Part shown: positions 27,648 through 37,228 of the stretch, piece after piece
Numbering within the stretch: position 1 is the first letter of the stretch
How the letters are laid out: each line of letters begins with the position of its first letter
Assembly (NCBI GenBank): GCA_963790305.1
Contig: CAWBOC010000010.1
Location: 128,001 to 192,000 of the forward strand
Reading direction: 5' to 3'
Length of the DNA stretch: 64,000 bases
Source: an uncultured Gemmatimonadaceae bacterium
GTDB taxonomy: Bacteria > Gemmatimonadota > Gemmatimonadetes > Gemmatimonadales > Gemmatimonadaceae
Made by a program: the position numbers and the translations under genes
The notes under the pieces: model-generated
Database searches by the model: none
What the model saw: the letters and a program-made list of their open reading frames with translations, nothing else
Told to the model about the DNA's origin: nothing

Positions 27648-28214
27648 ATGACGCACTCGGTGAAGGTTCTCATGGAGGGGAAGATGGATGTCCTCGTAAT
27701 GCTCGAGGATGGCCCCGACGAGTCGCCGGTGCTTGCGCGGGTGGATTCCGTTCCGGCCATGGTCTCGACTGACCATCGTGCCCGGGAGGTCGTGACGCTG
27801 TACGGCACGCCCAAGGCGGAGTACCTCACGCTCGCACTCGCCGCGGCGGTGGAAAGCCACCGCACGGCTGGCTATGGGTCGGGTGCTTTCCGACACCTCG
27901 GCGTTTGGTCCGAGCGCGGTGCCGTGGGGGATGCGGCGTGGCGCGACGAGATCACCGGCGAGCTGCTGACCCGCGACGTGGACATTCCGTTCGCGGTGTT
28001 GAGCGAGACAGCGATTCGGCTCAAGGAGACGTGTGGCCCGATGATCGGTCGACTCGTCGCCGGATTGGGGATGCCGGATTGGCCAGAGGGAACGTGGCGA
28101 GCCATCAGCTTCCGGCTCGACGCGATGGTGGACCCGGCCGCGTTCGAGGCGGACGAGATCCTGGAAGTGCTTCGCGAAGCGGATGGCCTTACCTACGAGT
28201 ACGAGGGAGACTGA
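27648..28214 (+). CDS. Hypothetical acidic cytoplasmic protein; start uncertain
   Basis: Coding-like composition, followed by a terminator. Confidence 0.6.
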   Translation: MTHSVKVLMEGKMDVLVMLEDGPDESPVLARVDSVPAMVSTDHRAREVVTLYGTPKAEYLTLALAAAVESHRTAGYGSGAFRHLGVWSERGAVGDAAWRDEITGELLTRDVDIPFAVLSETAIRLKETCGPMIGRLVAGLGMPDWPEGTWRAISFRLDAMVDPAAFEADEILEVLREADGLTYEYEGD

Positions 28215-28254
28215 TCGATCACTCTGATTCGTCCGACCATGCGCGGCAACGCGA

Positions 28255-28290
28255 AAAGGGCCATCTCAGTTCTGGGATGGCCCTTTGTTT
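28255..28290 (+). terminator. Rho-independent terminator
   Basis: AAAGGGCCATCTCAG..TGGGATGGCCCTTT followed by GTTT. Confidence 0.75.
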
Positions 28291-28367
28291 GGGGGTCGGG
28301 GATCGGGGATCCCTGACCCTCACTCCTACCCCTTGACTGACCTCCACCCGCCTCGCACGCTCAGAGC

Positions 28368-28626
28368 ATGCCCCGTCCCACGTCCCGGAACTCCCCCAAT
28401 CGATCGTCAGGCAGCGAGCGGCTCTTCTCTGACGCGGCTGGGCGGTTGTGGAGCGCGGCCTTTTCCACGACCAGGCAGGACGCGCTCGTCTTCTCCTGCC
28501 TGAGTGACGCGCGCGCGCCCACGCGCGCTCTCGCCGCACCGCCACGGTTCCGCCTGTCCGACGCCACCGACGACGACCTTCGACAGAATGCTCTCGGAGG
28601 CACCGGAGGTCGGACGCCTGATGTAA
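28368..28626 (+). CDS. Small hypothetical protein, apparent +1 frameshift near 28587
   Basis: RLFSDAAGRLWSAA...LVFSCLSD...DATDDDLRQ. Removing one A from cagaatg gives MLSEAPEVGRLM-stop. Confidence 0.55.
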
Positions 28627-28649
28627 GTCGGCATTATTTCCCTGAACGT

Positions 28650-28748
28650 CCGAAGACGTCGGGGTTCAGACGTAGGGAGTCAGGTATCGGGAACCGTTGC
28701 GGTTCACTGACATCTGATCCCCGACGTCTGACTTCTGACGTCTTCAGA
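28650..28748. repeat. Imperfect palindrome with (C/T)CTGAC(G/T/A)T-like heptamers
   Basis: gaagacgtcggggttcagacgt ... ctgacatctgatccccgacgtctgacttctgacgtcttc. Confidence 0.6.
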
Positions 28749-28767
28749 CGTTGCCCCGGGTTTTGAC

Positions 28768-28796
28768 TTGCCCTCCCTCGTGCCCCGGGGTACCAT
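28768..28796 (+). promoter_or_regulatory. Candidate sigma70 promoter of the EF-G paralog
   Basis: TTGCCC-N17-TACCAT. Confidence 0.45.
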
Positions 28797-28841
28797 AGCC
28801 GACAGGGAGTCTCGGTAACGCGGCGAACGAGGAATGCGCCT

Positions 28842-30950
28842 ATGAGGGAATACAGCAGCTCGGAAATTCGGAACGTCGCGGTCGTTGGACATGGAGCGAG
28901 CGGGAAGACGAGCCTCGTCGACGCGCTCGCTTTCGTTTCCGGGGCAAGCAAGCGTCACGGTTCAGTGCGCGACGGCACCGCGCTCACCGACTACTCGCCC
29001 GAGGAGGTCGACCGCAAATACTCCATCAACCTCGGCATCGCGCACGCCGAGTGGATGGATACGAAGGTCAACCTGATCGACACGCCCGGCTATCTCGACT
29101 TCCAGGGCGACGCGGTGTCGGGCCTCGCTGCCGCGGACGGGGCGCTCTGTGTCGTGAGTGCCACCGCCGGCGTCGAAGTCGGAACCGAGAAGATGTTTCG
29201 AGAGGCGGTCGACCGGGGCGATCCGGCGCTCTTCGTCATCACCATGCTCGACAAGGAGCATGCGAGCTTCGAGCGGACCTATCAGGACATCAAGTCGCGA
29301 CTCACGGGCAAGGTCATCCCCGTCGAGATTCCCATCGGCGAGGGTCCGAAGTTCCGCGGCGTGATCAACCTCTTCGCGAAGAAAGCATACGTTTACAAGC
29401 AGGGCGCGAAGAGCGCGGAGTACGACGAGGTGGACATTCCCGAGGAGGAGCAGGGTCGGTTCGATCATTACTACCAGGAGCTGATCGAAGCGATCTCGGC
29501 GACCGATGACACGCTCCTCGAGCACTATCTCGAGGGCAACGAGATCGGGCGCGACGAGGCGATTCAAGGAATGAAAGAGGCGATGAAGCGCATGGACCTC
29601 TTTCCTCTGTTCTGCGTCTCGGCGGACAGCATGATCGGAGTGCGCGCGCTCCTCACGGAGATGGTTCAGCTGATGCCGTCGGCGTACGAAATGGAGGAGA
29701 TTCACGCGTTCAAGGGGGCGGAAGGCGACAAGACGGTCGAGATCCACGCCAAGGATGACCGTCCGTTCGCTGCGCTCGTGTTCAAGACCATGAGCGAGCC
29801 TCACGTGGGCGACGTGTCCTTCTTCCGAATCTTTCAGGGCGTGGTCGTGAACGGGCAGGAGGTCTACAACGCGACGCGTAACGGGGTGGAGAAGCTGAAT
29901 CACCTGTGCGTGGCGCAGGGGCGCGATCGTGCCGAAGTCACCAAGCTGCACGCCGGCGACATCGGCTGCGTGGCGAAGCTGCGCAACACGCATACGAACG
30001 ACACGCTCTCGACGAAGGACCATCCGGTGCGCCTGCCGCAGATCCAGCTGCCCGAGCCGCTCGTCGCGATGGCGGTACACGCGACTGCGCGCGGCGACGA
30101 GGAGAAGCTCCAGGCCGGGCTTCATCGCCTGCACGACGAGGACCCGACGTTCGAGACGCGATACAACGCCGAGACGCACGAGACTGTGATCTCGGGCATG
30201 GGCGAGCGGCATCTCGAGGTGGCGATGTCGAAGCTCAAGCGAAAGTACGGGGTGACGGGGGAGATGTCGAAGCCCAAGGTGCCGTACCGTGAGACGTTGA
30301 TGGGGAAGGGAGAGGGGCAGGGTCGCCACAAGAAGCAGACGGGGGGGCGTGGGCAGTTCGGAGACTGCTGGGTGCGCATCGCGCCGCAGCCACGGGGCAA
30401 AGGCTACGAGTTCGTCGATGAGATCGTCGGCGGCTCCATCCCGCGAAACTTCATTCCGGCGGTCGACCGGGGAATTCAGGAGGCGGCCGTCCGGGGAGTC
30501 CTGGCGGGATATCCAATGGTGGATTTCCGCGTGGAGCTCTTCGATGGCTCGTACCACTCGGTGGACTCGAACGAGATGTCGTTCAAGATGGCCGGCATTC
30601 TGGCGTTCAAGACCGTCGCGCCGAAGTGCCGGCCCGTTCTTCTCGAGCCGCTCGATGAGGTGGAAGTCATGACGCCCGATACCTACATGGGTGACATCCT
30701 CGGTGACCTCTCCTCGCGCCGCGGCCACATCCTGGGCTCTGAGCCGTTAGGCGACGGGCGCGGCACTCGCATTCGGGCGATCGTGCCGCAGTCGGCGCTC
30801 CACCTGTACGCGACCGACCTGCATTCGATGACCCACGGGCGCGCAACGTTCACGCGGCGGTTCAAGGGCTACGAGCAGATGCCGCCCGACGTCGCGCAAC
30901 GGGTGATCGCCGAGTCCTCGAAGGAAACCAGGGAGATGCAGGAAGTCTGA
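28842..30950 (+). CDS. fusA: Elongation factor G paralog (EF-G2 type)
   Basis: IRNVAVVGHGASGKTSL, LIDTPGY, HKKQTGGRGQFG and DGSYHSVDSNEMSF. Not in an rpsL-rpsG operon. Confidence 0.92.
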   Translation: MREYSSSEIRNVAVVGHGASGKTSLVDALAFVSGASKRHGSVRDGTALTDYSPEEVDRKYSINLGIAHAEWMDTKVNLIDTPGYLDFQGDAVSGLAAADGALCVVSATAGVEVGTEKMFREAVDRGDPALFVITMLDKEHASFERTYQDIKSRLTGKVIPVEIPIGEGPKFRGVINLFAKKAYVYKQGAKSAEYDEVDIPEEEQGRFDHYYQELIEAISATDDTLLEHYLEGNEIGRDEAIQGMKEAMKRMDLFPLFCVSADSMIGVRALLTEMVQLMPSAYEMEEIHAFKGAEGDKTVEIHAKDDRPFAALVFKTMSEPHVGDVSFFRIFQGVVVNGQEVYNATRNGVEKLNHLCVAQGRDRAEVTKLHAGDIGCVAKLRNTHTNDTLSTKDHPVRLPQIQLPEPLVAMAVHATARGDEEKLQAGLHRLHDEDPTFETRYNAETHETVISGMGERHLEVAMSKLKRKYGVTGEMSKPKVPYRETLMGKGEGQGRHKKQTGGRGQFGDCWVRIAPQPRGKGYEFVDEIVGGSIPRNFIPAVDRGIQEAAVRGVLAGYPMVDFRVELFDGSYHSVDSNEMSFKMAGILAFKTVAPKCRPVLLEPLDEVEVMTPDTYMGDILGDLSSRRGHILGSEPLGDGRGTRIRAIVPQSALHLYATDLHSMTHGRATFTRRFKGYEQMPPDVAQRVIAESSKETREMQEV

Positions 30951-31025
30951 GGCGCTAGAGGCGCCAGAGGCGCTAAAGGCGCTAGAGGGTGCAGCGCCTC
31001 TGGCGCCTTTAGCGCCTCTAGCGCC
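30948..31025. repeat. Palindromic GGCGCTAGA 9-mer element
   Basis: Same family as 4725-4810; begins at the EF-G stop codon. Confidence 0.9.
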
Positions 31026-31050
31026 GTCTTTTCCAAAAACGGAGGTCTTC

Positions 31051-34000
31051 ATGAGTTCTCGAATGTTTGCCCTGCTGTGCCTCTTCGCTCCGGTCGCGCT
31101 CGGTGCCCAGACGACCGGCACCGTCCAGGGCACCGTCACGGACGCGGGCAACGGACAACCACTTGCCAGCGCGCAGGTGAGGATCGAGGGCACCGCGATG
31201 GGTGCGCTCTCGGATGCGTCCGGGCGCTATACCATTCCGAGCGCCCCTACGGGGCGCCGGGTCGTGATCGCGCGCCGCATCGGGTATGCGGAGGCGAGAC
31301 GGGAAGTCGACGTTTCGTCCGCCGCGTCCGCGACGGCGGACTTTTCCATGACCGCCAGCGCGACGACGCTGGGTGAAGTCGTCGTCACCGGGACCGCCGC
31401 TCCGACCGAGCGGCGCGCCATCGGGACGAGCATCGCCAGCGTCGACAGCACGGCGATCAGCAAGTCGAATGCGGTCACCATCGATCAGGCATTACAAGGA
31501 AAGATCGCCGGTGCGCAGATCGTACAGAACTCCGGGACGCCGGGTGGGGGAGGCGTGACCGTGCGCCTGCGCGGGACGAGCTCCTTCATCTCCGGCTCGG
31601 ACCCGCTGTATATCGTCGACGGCGTCATCATCGACAACAGCTCATCGACGCTGCGTGATCTCGGCTCCCGCGGCAACGTGCAGAATCGACTGGCCGACCT
31701 GAACCCCGCTGATATCGAGCGCATCGAGGTGATCCGCGGCGCGGCCGCGGCGGCCCTCTACGGCTCCCGCGCCAACAATGGCGTCGTTCAGATCTTCACC
31801 AAGCGTGGCACCGCGGGACGTTCGCGCATCAGCCTGCACAGCCGCGTCGCGCAGAGCGAGCTTCCGACCAAGCTGCGCATCAACGACTATCCCTTCGACA
31901 TTCAAGGGAACCCGGTAACCCGCGTCGATGCGCAGGACCTGATCTTTCGTGACGCCCTCACGATCGAGAACAATCTCAGCGTCGATGGCGGGAACGAGCA
32001 GACCCGCTACTACGTCAACGGCACGTGGACCGAGGAGGACGGGATTCAACGTGGCGAGGCGTCCAGTCGCCGCGGAGCGCGCGTGAACATCACGCAGCAG
32101 GTTCGGCCGCGCCTGACGCTCGACCTCGGCGCGAACTTCGTGAATACCCACAACGATTTCCTCGTCAACGGCGAGGGGACGGGCGTGTTGACGGCATTTC
32201 TGTTCAACCCGACCACCTATGATCCGCGCCCGGTCTCCGGGGTGTATCCGTTTGGCCCTGTGCTGAATCCAAATCCACTCCTCGCGATTGCTCGGTTCAA
32301 GCACCCGCAGGACATCAACCGGTTCATCGGCAGCGCGCAGGCGCGATGGAACCCGCTCGACCGGCTGACGGTGAGCTACACGTTTGGGTACGACGGCTAC
32401 TCCCTCGAGCAGAGTGAGTTTTTCCCGCGTGGCGCCTTCCCGCCCCCTGCCACCGCGCAGACCGGACTGGCATCGAACGGCATCAACAACTCGCGCATTC
32501 TCAACCAGGATGCCGTCGCCAACTATCTGTTCGACTGGAATGACTTCCAGCTCACGACGAGCGGCGGCGTCAACTACACGCATCAGCGCATTCGCAATAC
32601 GCTCGCGACGTCCACGAACCTGATTCCGGTCGTCGAAGTCGTGAGCGGGGGCGCGACTCCCGCGGCGACGCAAAGCATCGTCGAGCTCAAGACGTTCGGG
32701 TTCTACGCGCAGGAGCAGATCGGATGGCGCGACCGCCTGTTCCTCACCGGCGCCGTTCGCTGGGACGCCTCGTCCACGTTCGGTCCCGACGAGCGGTGGC
32801 AGGTGTTCCCCAAGGCCTCGCTGTCGTACGTGGTCTCGGAGGATGACTGGTTCCGCGGCCTCGTCTCCGAGGGCACGGTGAGCTCACTGCGCCTTCGCAC
32901 CGCGTTAGGCTACGCCGGGAATCAGCCGTCGGTGCTGAACGCGTACTCCCGCTTCGACGACTACGTCGCCGCCACGTTCGACAGCAAGCCCGGCGTCGTG
33001 AATAGCGTGACTCTCGGCAACGCCAGCCTCAAGCCCGAGCGGCAGCGGGAATGGGAGGTCGGTGCGGACATGGGCCTCTTGAACGATCGCATCTCGCTCG
33101 AGGTGACGTACTACGACAAGCTGGTGAGCGATCTCCTGTTCTTCCGGCCAGTCGCCACGAGCACGGGCTACTCTCGGCAGTTCTCCGCGATTGGCGCGAT
33201 GAGCAACAAGGGGTGGGAGGTGTTGGCCCGGACGATCAACATGGATCAGCCGAACTTTCGCTGGGACATGACGGCGGTCTATACGCGGAACCGCAATCTC
33301 GTCGAGCGACTCGACATCCCCAGCTTCCAGTCGGCGACGGGCTATCCGAACCGCATTCGTCAGGGCGATCCGGTCGGCATCTTCTATGGTGTGTACGCCG
33401 TGCGCAATTGCCAGACGGGTGCTTTCCTCCTCGACTCGCTCGGCCGCTTGCGGCCCAGCACCAGCCTCCCGGCCGACGTCGCGCAGCGCCGCGCGATGGC
33501 CGGCGGCAACTGCGCCGATTCGGCGAACAGGGTGCTTGGCGATCCGAATCCCGACTGGGTCGGCTCGCTGCTCAACGAGTTCCAGGTCGGCAAAGCGCTC
33601 CGCATGCGCGTGCTGCTCGATGGCAGCTTCGGCAACGACGTCATGAACCTGTCGCGCCGCATTCGCGATTTGGGCACGGCCCTCAACAGCCCGGAAAACG
33701 AAACCGAGTTTCTGCCCTACGGCGATCCGCGCAAGCTGCCCCCGGGCTACTTCGCGCGCCGCCTCGGCATCTTCAGCGAGTACGTGGAAGACGGCTCGTT
33801 CGTGAAGCTTCGGGAGGTCTCCGCGACCTACACGTTCACGCAGCCCGTTGTGACGCGCTACTTCTCCGATGGGATCGAGCTCACACTGAGCGGACGCAAC
33901 CTCTACACGTGGTCGGACTACTCCGGGTACGATCCAGAAGGGAACCTGTTCGGGCAGAACGCTCCAGGGCTCACGACGACCGCGGCGGATCGTGGCTTCG

Positions 34001-34059
34001 ACTTCGCCGGGGTCCCCATTCCTCGCACCTGGTCCGCGAGCCTGCGGTTCACCTACTGA
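31051..34059 (+). CDS. SusC/RagA-family TonB-dependent outer-membrane receptor
   Basis: Carboxypeptidase-like N-domain, DPLYIVDGV, LNPADIERIEVIRGAAAAALYGSRANNGVVQIFTK, LKPER and YVEDGSFVKLRE. Confidence 0.95.
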   Translation: MSSRMFALLCLFAPVALGAQTTGTVQGTVTDAGNGQPLASAQVRIEGTAMGALSDASGRYTIPSAPTGRRVVIARRIGYAEARREVDVSSAASATADFSMTASATTLGEVVVTGTAAPTERRAIGTSIASVDSTAISKSNAVTIDQALQGKIAGAQIVQNSGTPGGGGVTVRLRGTSSFISGSDPLYIVDGVIIDNSSSTLRDLGSRGNVQNRLADLNPADIERIEVIRGAAAAALYGSRANNGVVQIFTKRGTAGRSRISLHSRVAQSELPTKLRINDYPFDIQGNPVTRVDAQDLIFRDALTIENNLSVDGGNEQTRYYVNGTWTEEDGIQRGEASSRRGARVNITQQVRPRLTLDLGANFVNTHNDFLVNGEGTGVLTAFLFNPTTYDPRPVSGVYPFGPVLNPNPLLAIARFKHPQDINRFIGSAQARWNPLDRLTVSYTFGYDGYSLEQSEFFPRGAFPPPATAQTGLASNGINNSRILNQDAVANYLFDWNDFQLTTSGGVNYTHQRIRNTLATSTNLIPVVEVVSGGATPAATQSIVELKTFGFYAQEQIGWRDRLFLTGAVRWDASSTFGPDERWQVFPKASLSYVVSEDDWFRGLVSEGTVSSLRLRTALGYAGNQPSVLNAYSRFDDYVAATFDSKPGVVNSVTLGNASLKPERQREWEVGADMGLLNDRISLEVTYYDKLVSDLLFFRPVATSTGYSRQFSAIGAMSNKGWEVLARTINMDQPNFRWDMTAVYTRNRNLVERLDIPSFQSATGYPNRIRQGDPVGIFYGVYAVRNCQTGAFLLDSLGRLRPSTSLPADVAQRRAMAGGNCADSANRVLGDPNPDWVGSLLNEFQVGKALRMRVLLDGSFGNDVMNLSRRIRDLGTALNSPENETEFLPYGDPRKLPPGYFARRLGIFSEYVEDGSFVKLREVSATYTFTQPVVTRYFSDGIELTLSGRNLYTWSDYSGYDPEGNLFGQNAPGLTTTAADRGFDFAGVPIPRTWSASLRFTY

Positions 34060-34070
34060 GCGGAGACGAC

Positions 34071-35402
34071 ATGCGACAGTATTTCGCGAAGGCGCTGCTC
34101 GCGAGCTCCCTCGGGCTCGTAGCATGCGACCTCGACACGACCAATCCGAACTCACCGACGCAGGAGACGGTCGTCGCCGACGCCGAAGGGCTCATGGCGT
34201 TAGGCGTCGGCCTGCAGCTCCGGTTCGGAAACTCGACCGGCAGCTTCATCTACTCGGCTGGGCTGCTGACGACGGAGCTCGGCGCGATCTTGACGGCGTT
34301 CTCCACGATCTCGGACGCCGAGGGCGGAACGGTTCCTCCCGGAGCAGCGATCACGGGGGATGTCTGGAGCTTGAGCTACCGCACCGTCAAGACGGCGAAC
34401 GACATCATCTTCAACGCGCCCAACGTCGTGATGCCGCGAGGCACGCGAAGCGGCCTTCTCGGCCTGGCGTACCTGTTCAAGGCCGGCGCGCTCGGTGAGC
34501 TGCTGCAGGGATATGAAGAGCTCCCCATCGATACGTACAACAACCCGACACCGGAGTTCGTCGACCGCGCGACCGCGCTCGCGTACGTGCTCGCGCTGCT
34601 CGACTCGGCGCAGCTCGCCTATCGGGATACGGTACCGAGTGCGCAGTTCACGTCGCAGGTGCTGGCGACCGGCCTCGACATTCCGAACACGATTCTCGCC
34701 TATAAGGCGCGCTATCGGCGGCTGGCCGGGAACTGGGCGGGCGCGCTCGCTGCCGCTGACTCGGTGAGCCGCACGGTGTTCTCGCGCCTCCCGTTCTCGG
34801 CGCAGGCAGTGAATCCGCTGTTCAACGTCGCCACGGGCTCGTCGGGGGTGTTGCCGCGCGATGCCTATCGAGCAGACCCGCTCGAGGTGCAGCGCACCGC
34901 GTTCTTTGTGCGGGATACGGCGATCACGGGACGCATCGGCACCCCGCTCGATGCGTGGGTGGTGTTCGCGGCGAACACATCGTCGATTCCTGCGTACTAT
35001 CCCGATGAAGTGTTGCTCATCAAGGCGGAAGCGCTCGTCAGGCTTTCGCGCTTGACTGAGGCGCAGGCGGTGGTCGACTCGGTTCGCACCGACTGTCCGG
35101 GTGCTGGCCGCGTCACGGCGGATCCCGGTCCCTGCCTCGCGCCGCTGGCCGGTGTCCTCACCGCTCCGCAGCTCATCACGGAGATCTACCGCAATCGCCG
35201 CTATGAGCTGTTCGCCACCGGACTGCGCTGGGAAGATCTGCGACGCCTGGGGCAAGTGGGCGCGACGTCGATCGCGAAGCGGTGCTGGTTGCCGTACCCG
35301 GTAGGGGAACGGAACGCGAATCCCGCGAACGTTCCTCCCGATCCCGAAGGCACCGAGCCACCGGCGGACAACGACGAGTGCGCGTCACTCGTGCAGCCAT
35401 GA
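34071..35402 (+). CDS. SusD/RagB-family lipoprotein
   Basis: Lipobox LVA-C, EVLLIKAEAL, RRYELFATGLRWEDLRR and LPYPVGERNANP. Confidence 0.9.
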   Translation: MRQYFAKALLASSLGLVACDLDTTNPNSPTQETVVADAEGLMALGVGLQLRFGNSTGSFIYSAGLLTTELGAILTAFSTISDAEGGTVPPGAAITGDVWSLSYRTVKTANDIIFNAPNVVMPRGTRSGLLGLAYLFKAGALGELLQGYEELPIDTYNNPTPEFVDRATALAYVLALLDSAQLAYRDTVPSAQFTSQVLATGLDIPNTILAYKARYRRLAGNWAGALAAADSVSRTVFSRLPFSAQAVNPLFNVATGSSGVLPRDAYRADPLEVQRTAFFVRDTAITGRIGTPLDAWVVFAANTSSIPAYYPDEVLLIKAEALVRLSRLTEAQAVVDSVRTDCPGAGRVTADPGPCLAPLAGVLTAPQLITEIYRNRRYELFATGLRWEDLRRLGQVGATSIAKRCWLPYPVGERNANPANVPPDPEGTEPPADNDECASLVQP

Positions 35403-35473
35403 CATTCCATCAACGCGGTGTCCGTCGCAGCGATGAACGCGTGCACCGCTTACCGACGATTCGAGGATTGGTG

Positions 35474-36229
35474 ATGCGATTTCGCTCTTTCGCGCTGCTG
35501 AGCGTCGTGGTCGCGCTCACAGCCTGCGGGACCGATGAAGTAGGCCCGACCGGTGTGGTGCCGACGCAGCCCACTGGTCGCTTCAGGTTCGTTCACGCGA
35601 TCTCCGATCCGCCGCGCGCGAGTGCCGTCAACGTCACCGTCGATGGCGTCCCGGTGGCGGTGAGCATCGTGTATGCGGGAACCGCGACGACCACGGCGTT
35701 GCCGAATCCTGGCGTGGCTCCCGCGCCGCCGACGCTGTATTACCCGGCCTACGCCGGCAATCGGCAGTTTGCGGTTCGGCGCACGGCGGACACGACCGTC
35801 CATCTGCTGGATGCGGCGGTTCCGATTGCCGCCGACGCCGATCACACGGTCCTCGCGGTCGGGTCGGCGACGATCTCGGCGCTGGTGTTGACCGACAACA
35901 ACGCGGCGCCGGCGGCGGGGAATGTGAAGGTGCGCGCCGTCAACGCCGCGACGGTGGCGGGGAACGTGGACGTCTACGTCACCGCGCCCGGCGCAGACAT
36001 CGCGGCGATCGCCCCGACCTTCGCCGGTGTGGCGCCTCGCACTGCTTCGGGATATCTCGAGCGTGCCGCGGGCGCGATTCAGGTTCGCTTTACCACCGCG
36101 GGAACGAAGACGGTGATCCGGGATGTCTCGCTCGGAACCCTTGCTGCCGGTACGATCCGTACCGTGGTGCTGCTCGAGGCGGCGGCCGGCGGGACGCCGC
36201 TGACGTCATCGGTGCTCACCGACCGCTAG
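35474..36229 (+). CDS. DUF4397-like lipoprotein
   Basis: Lipobox LTA-C and two repeats, RFRFVHA..AVNVTVDG and KVRAVNAA..VDVYV. Confidence 0.8.
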   Translation: MRFRSFALLSVVVALTACGTDEVGPTGVVPTQPTGRFRFVHAISDPPRASAVNVTVDGVPVAVSIVYAGTATTTALPNPGVAPAPPTLYYPAYAGNRQFAVRRTADTTVHLLDAAVPIAADADHTVLAVGSATISALVLTDNNAAPAAGNVKVRAVNAATVAGNVDVYVTAPGADIAAIAPTFAGVAPRTASGYLERAAGAIQVRFTTAGTKTVIRDVSLGTLAAGTIRTVVLLEAAAGGTPLTSSVLTDR

Positions 36230-36288
36230 GACGCCGGCGTGTAACGACCCTCGCCGTCGCCGGTTAGCCCGGGAAAAACCTAACGAGG

Positions 36289-36324
36289 ACCAGCGGAGCG
36301 TGACGTATGTCACGCTCCGCTGGT
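36289..36324. promoter_or_regulatory. Perfect 16-bp-stem palindrome (terminator or protein-binding site)
   Basis: ACCAGCGGAGCGTGAC-GTAT-GTCACGCTCCGCTGGT; the core is GTGA-N6-TCAC. Confidence 0.6.
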
Positions 36325-36368
36325 ACGCATCCGTACGCAGTCCGCTATCGTACACGGCGGCACGCGAA

Positions 36369-36384
36369 GGGTATGCTCGTTGCG
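36369..36384 (+). promoter_or_regulatory. Candidate sigma54 promoter
   Basis: GGTATG-CTCG-TTGC (GG-N10-GC). Confidence 0.45.
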
Positions 36385-36517
36385 CACGGACCGTCCCTCA
36401 CAATCGAACGCGCAGAACTGGTAGACGGCATGACAGCGGTCACTCGTTCCCGGTGACGACGGCTGCTCCGCGCCGCCTAACAGTCACTGCTGTCACCATT
36501 CTCGTGAGGATTCCACC

Positions 36518-37132
36518 ATGAGATCGCGCGCTCTACTCCCGGTCTTCGCGGCAGCAATGGTTCTCGTCGCCTGCGACGATCGGCCGACCGGACCAGGGAA
36601 CGACCTCGCCGATGACGCGGCACTCCGCAGCACCAACACCCAGTCGTTCGGTCCGCTGGTTCTGCCGGCGACCGGTACGCTCGCCGATGGCGGCTCGTTC
36701 GTCGGTGAAGTCGAGATTCGTCGGATCGACGTCGACCATGTGACTGGAGTCTTCACGATCCGCGGTCTGCTGCAAGGCAAGGCGACGACGGCCAATGGCA
36801 AGCAGAAGAACATCAGGCAGGAGTTCAGCACGCCGACGACGATCAGCTCGGGCGTCGCCGCGGCGCTGGGGGTGCAGGACGTCCAGCTCCAGCAGGCCAT
36901 TGCCTGCGATGTGCTCAACCTCGACCTCGGGCCGTTGCATCTCGATGTGCTCGGGCTCGTCGTGGACCTCGCGCCCGTGGTGCTCGACATTACGGCCGTC
37001 CCCGGACCGGGCAACTTGTTAGGCAACCTGCTGTGCGCAGTGGTGAGCTTGCTCGACTTCCCGGCGCTCCTGGGCGTGATCGGCCAGATTCTCGACGCGA
37101 TCAACCAGATTCTGGGCGGACTGGGGGGCTGA
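36518..37132 (+). CDS. Hypothetical lipoprotein with a Leu/Gly-rich C-terminal domain and a Cys pair
   Basis: Lipobox LVA-C and CDVLNLDLGPLHLDVLGLVVDL...GNLLGNLLCAVV. Confidence 0.8.
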   Translation: MRSRALLPVFAAAMVLVACDDRPTGPGNDLADDAALRSTNTQSFGPLVLPATGTLADGGSFVGEVEIRRIDVDHVTGVFTIRGLLQGKATTANGKQKNIRQEFSTPTTISSGVAAALGVQDVQLQQAIACDVLNLDLGPLHLDVLGLVVDLAPVVLDITAVPGPGNLLGNLLCAVVSLLDFPALLGVIGQILDAINQILGGLGG

Positions 37133-37142
37133 TAGTGCTGCA

Positions 37143-37228
37143 GAGGTGATCGAGGGTGTCGAGGTCGTCGAGGTGATCCAGGGGAACTGCTGTCACCTTG
37201 ATTACCTCGACAGCCTCGACGACCTCGG
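37143..37228. repeat. Palindrome of GAGGTCGTC-type 9-mers
   Basis: gaggtgatcgagggtgtcgaggtcgtcgaggtgatc ... gattacctcgacagcctcgacgacctcg, between convergent genes. Confidence 0.8.

Noticed and set aside
33051..34070. N-terminal 340 aa of the 783-aa ORF
   Set aside because: It overlaps SusC out of frame; SusD starts at 34071 with an RBS and lipobox.
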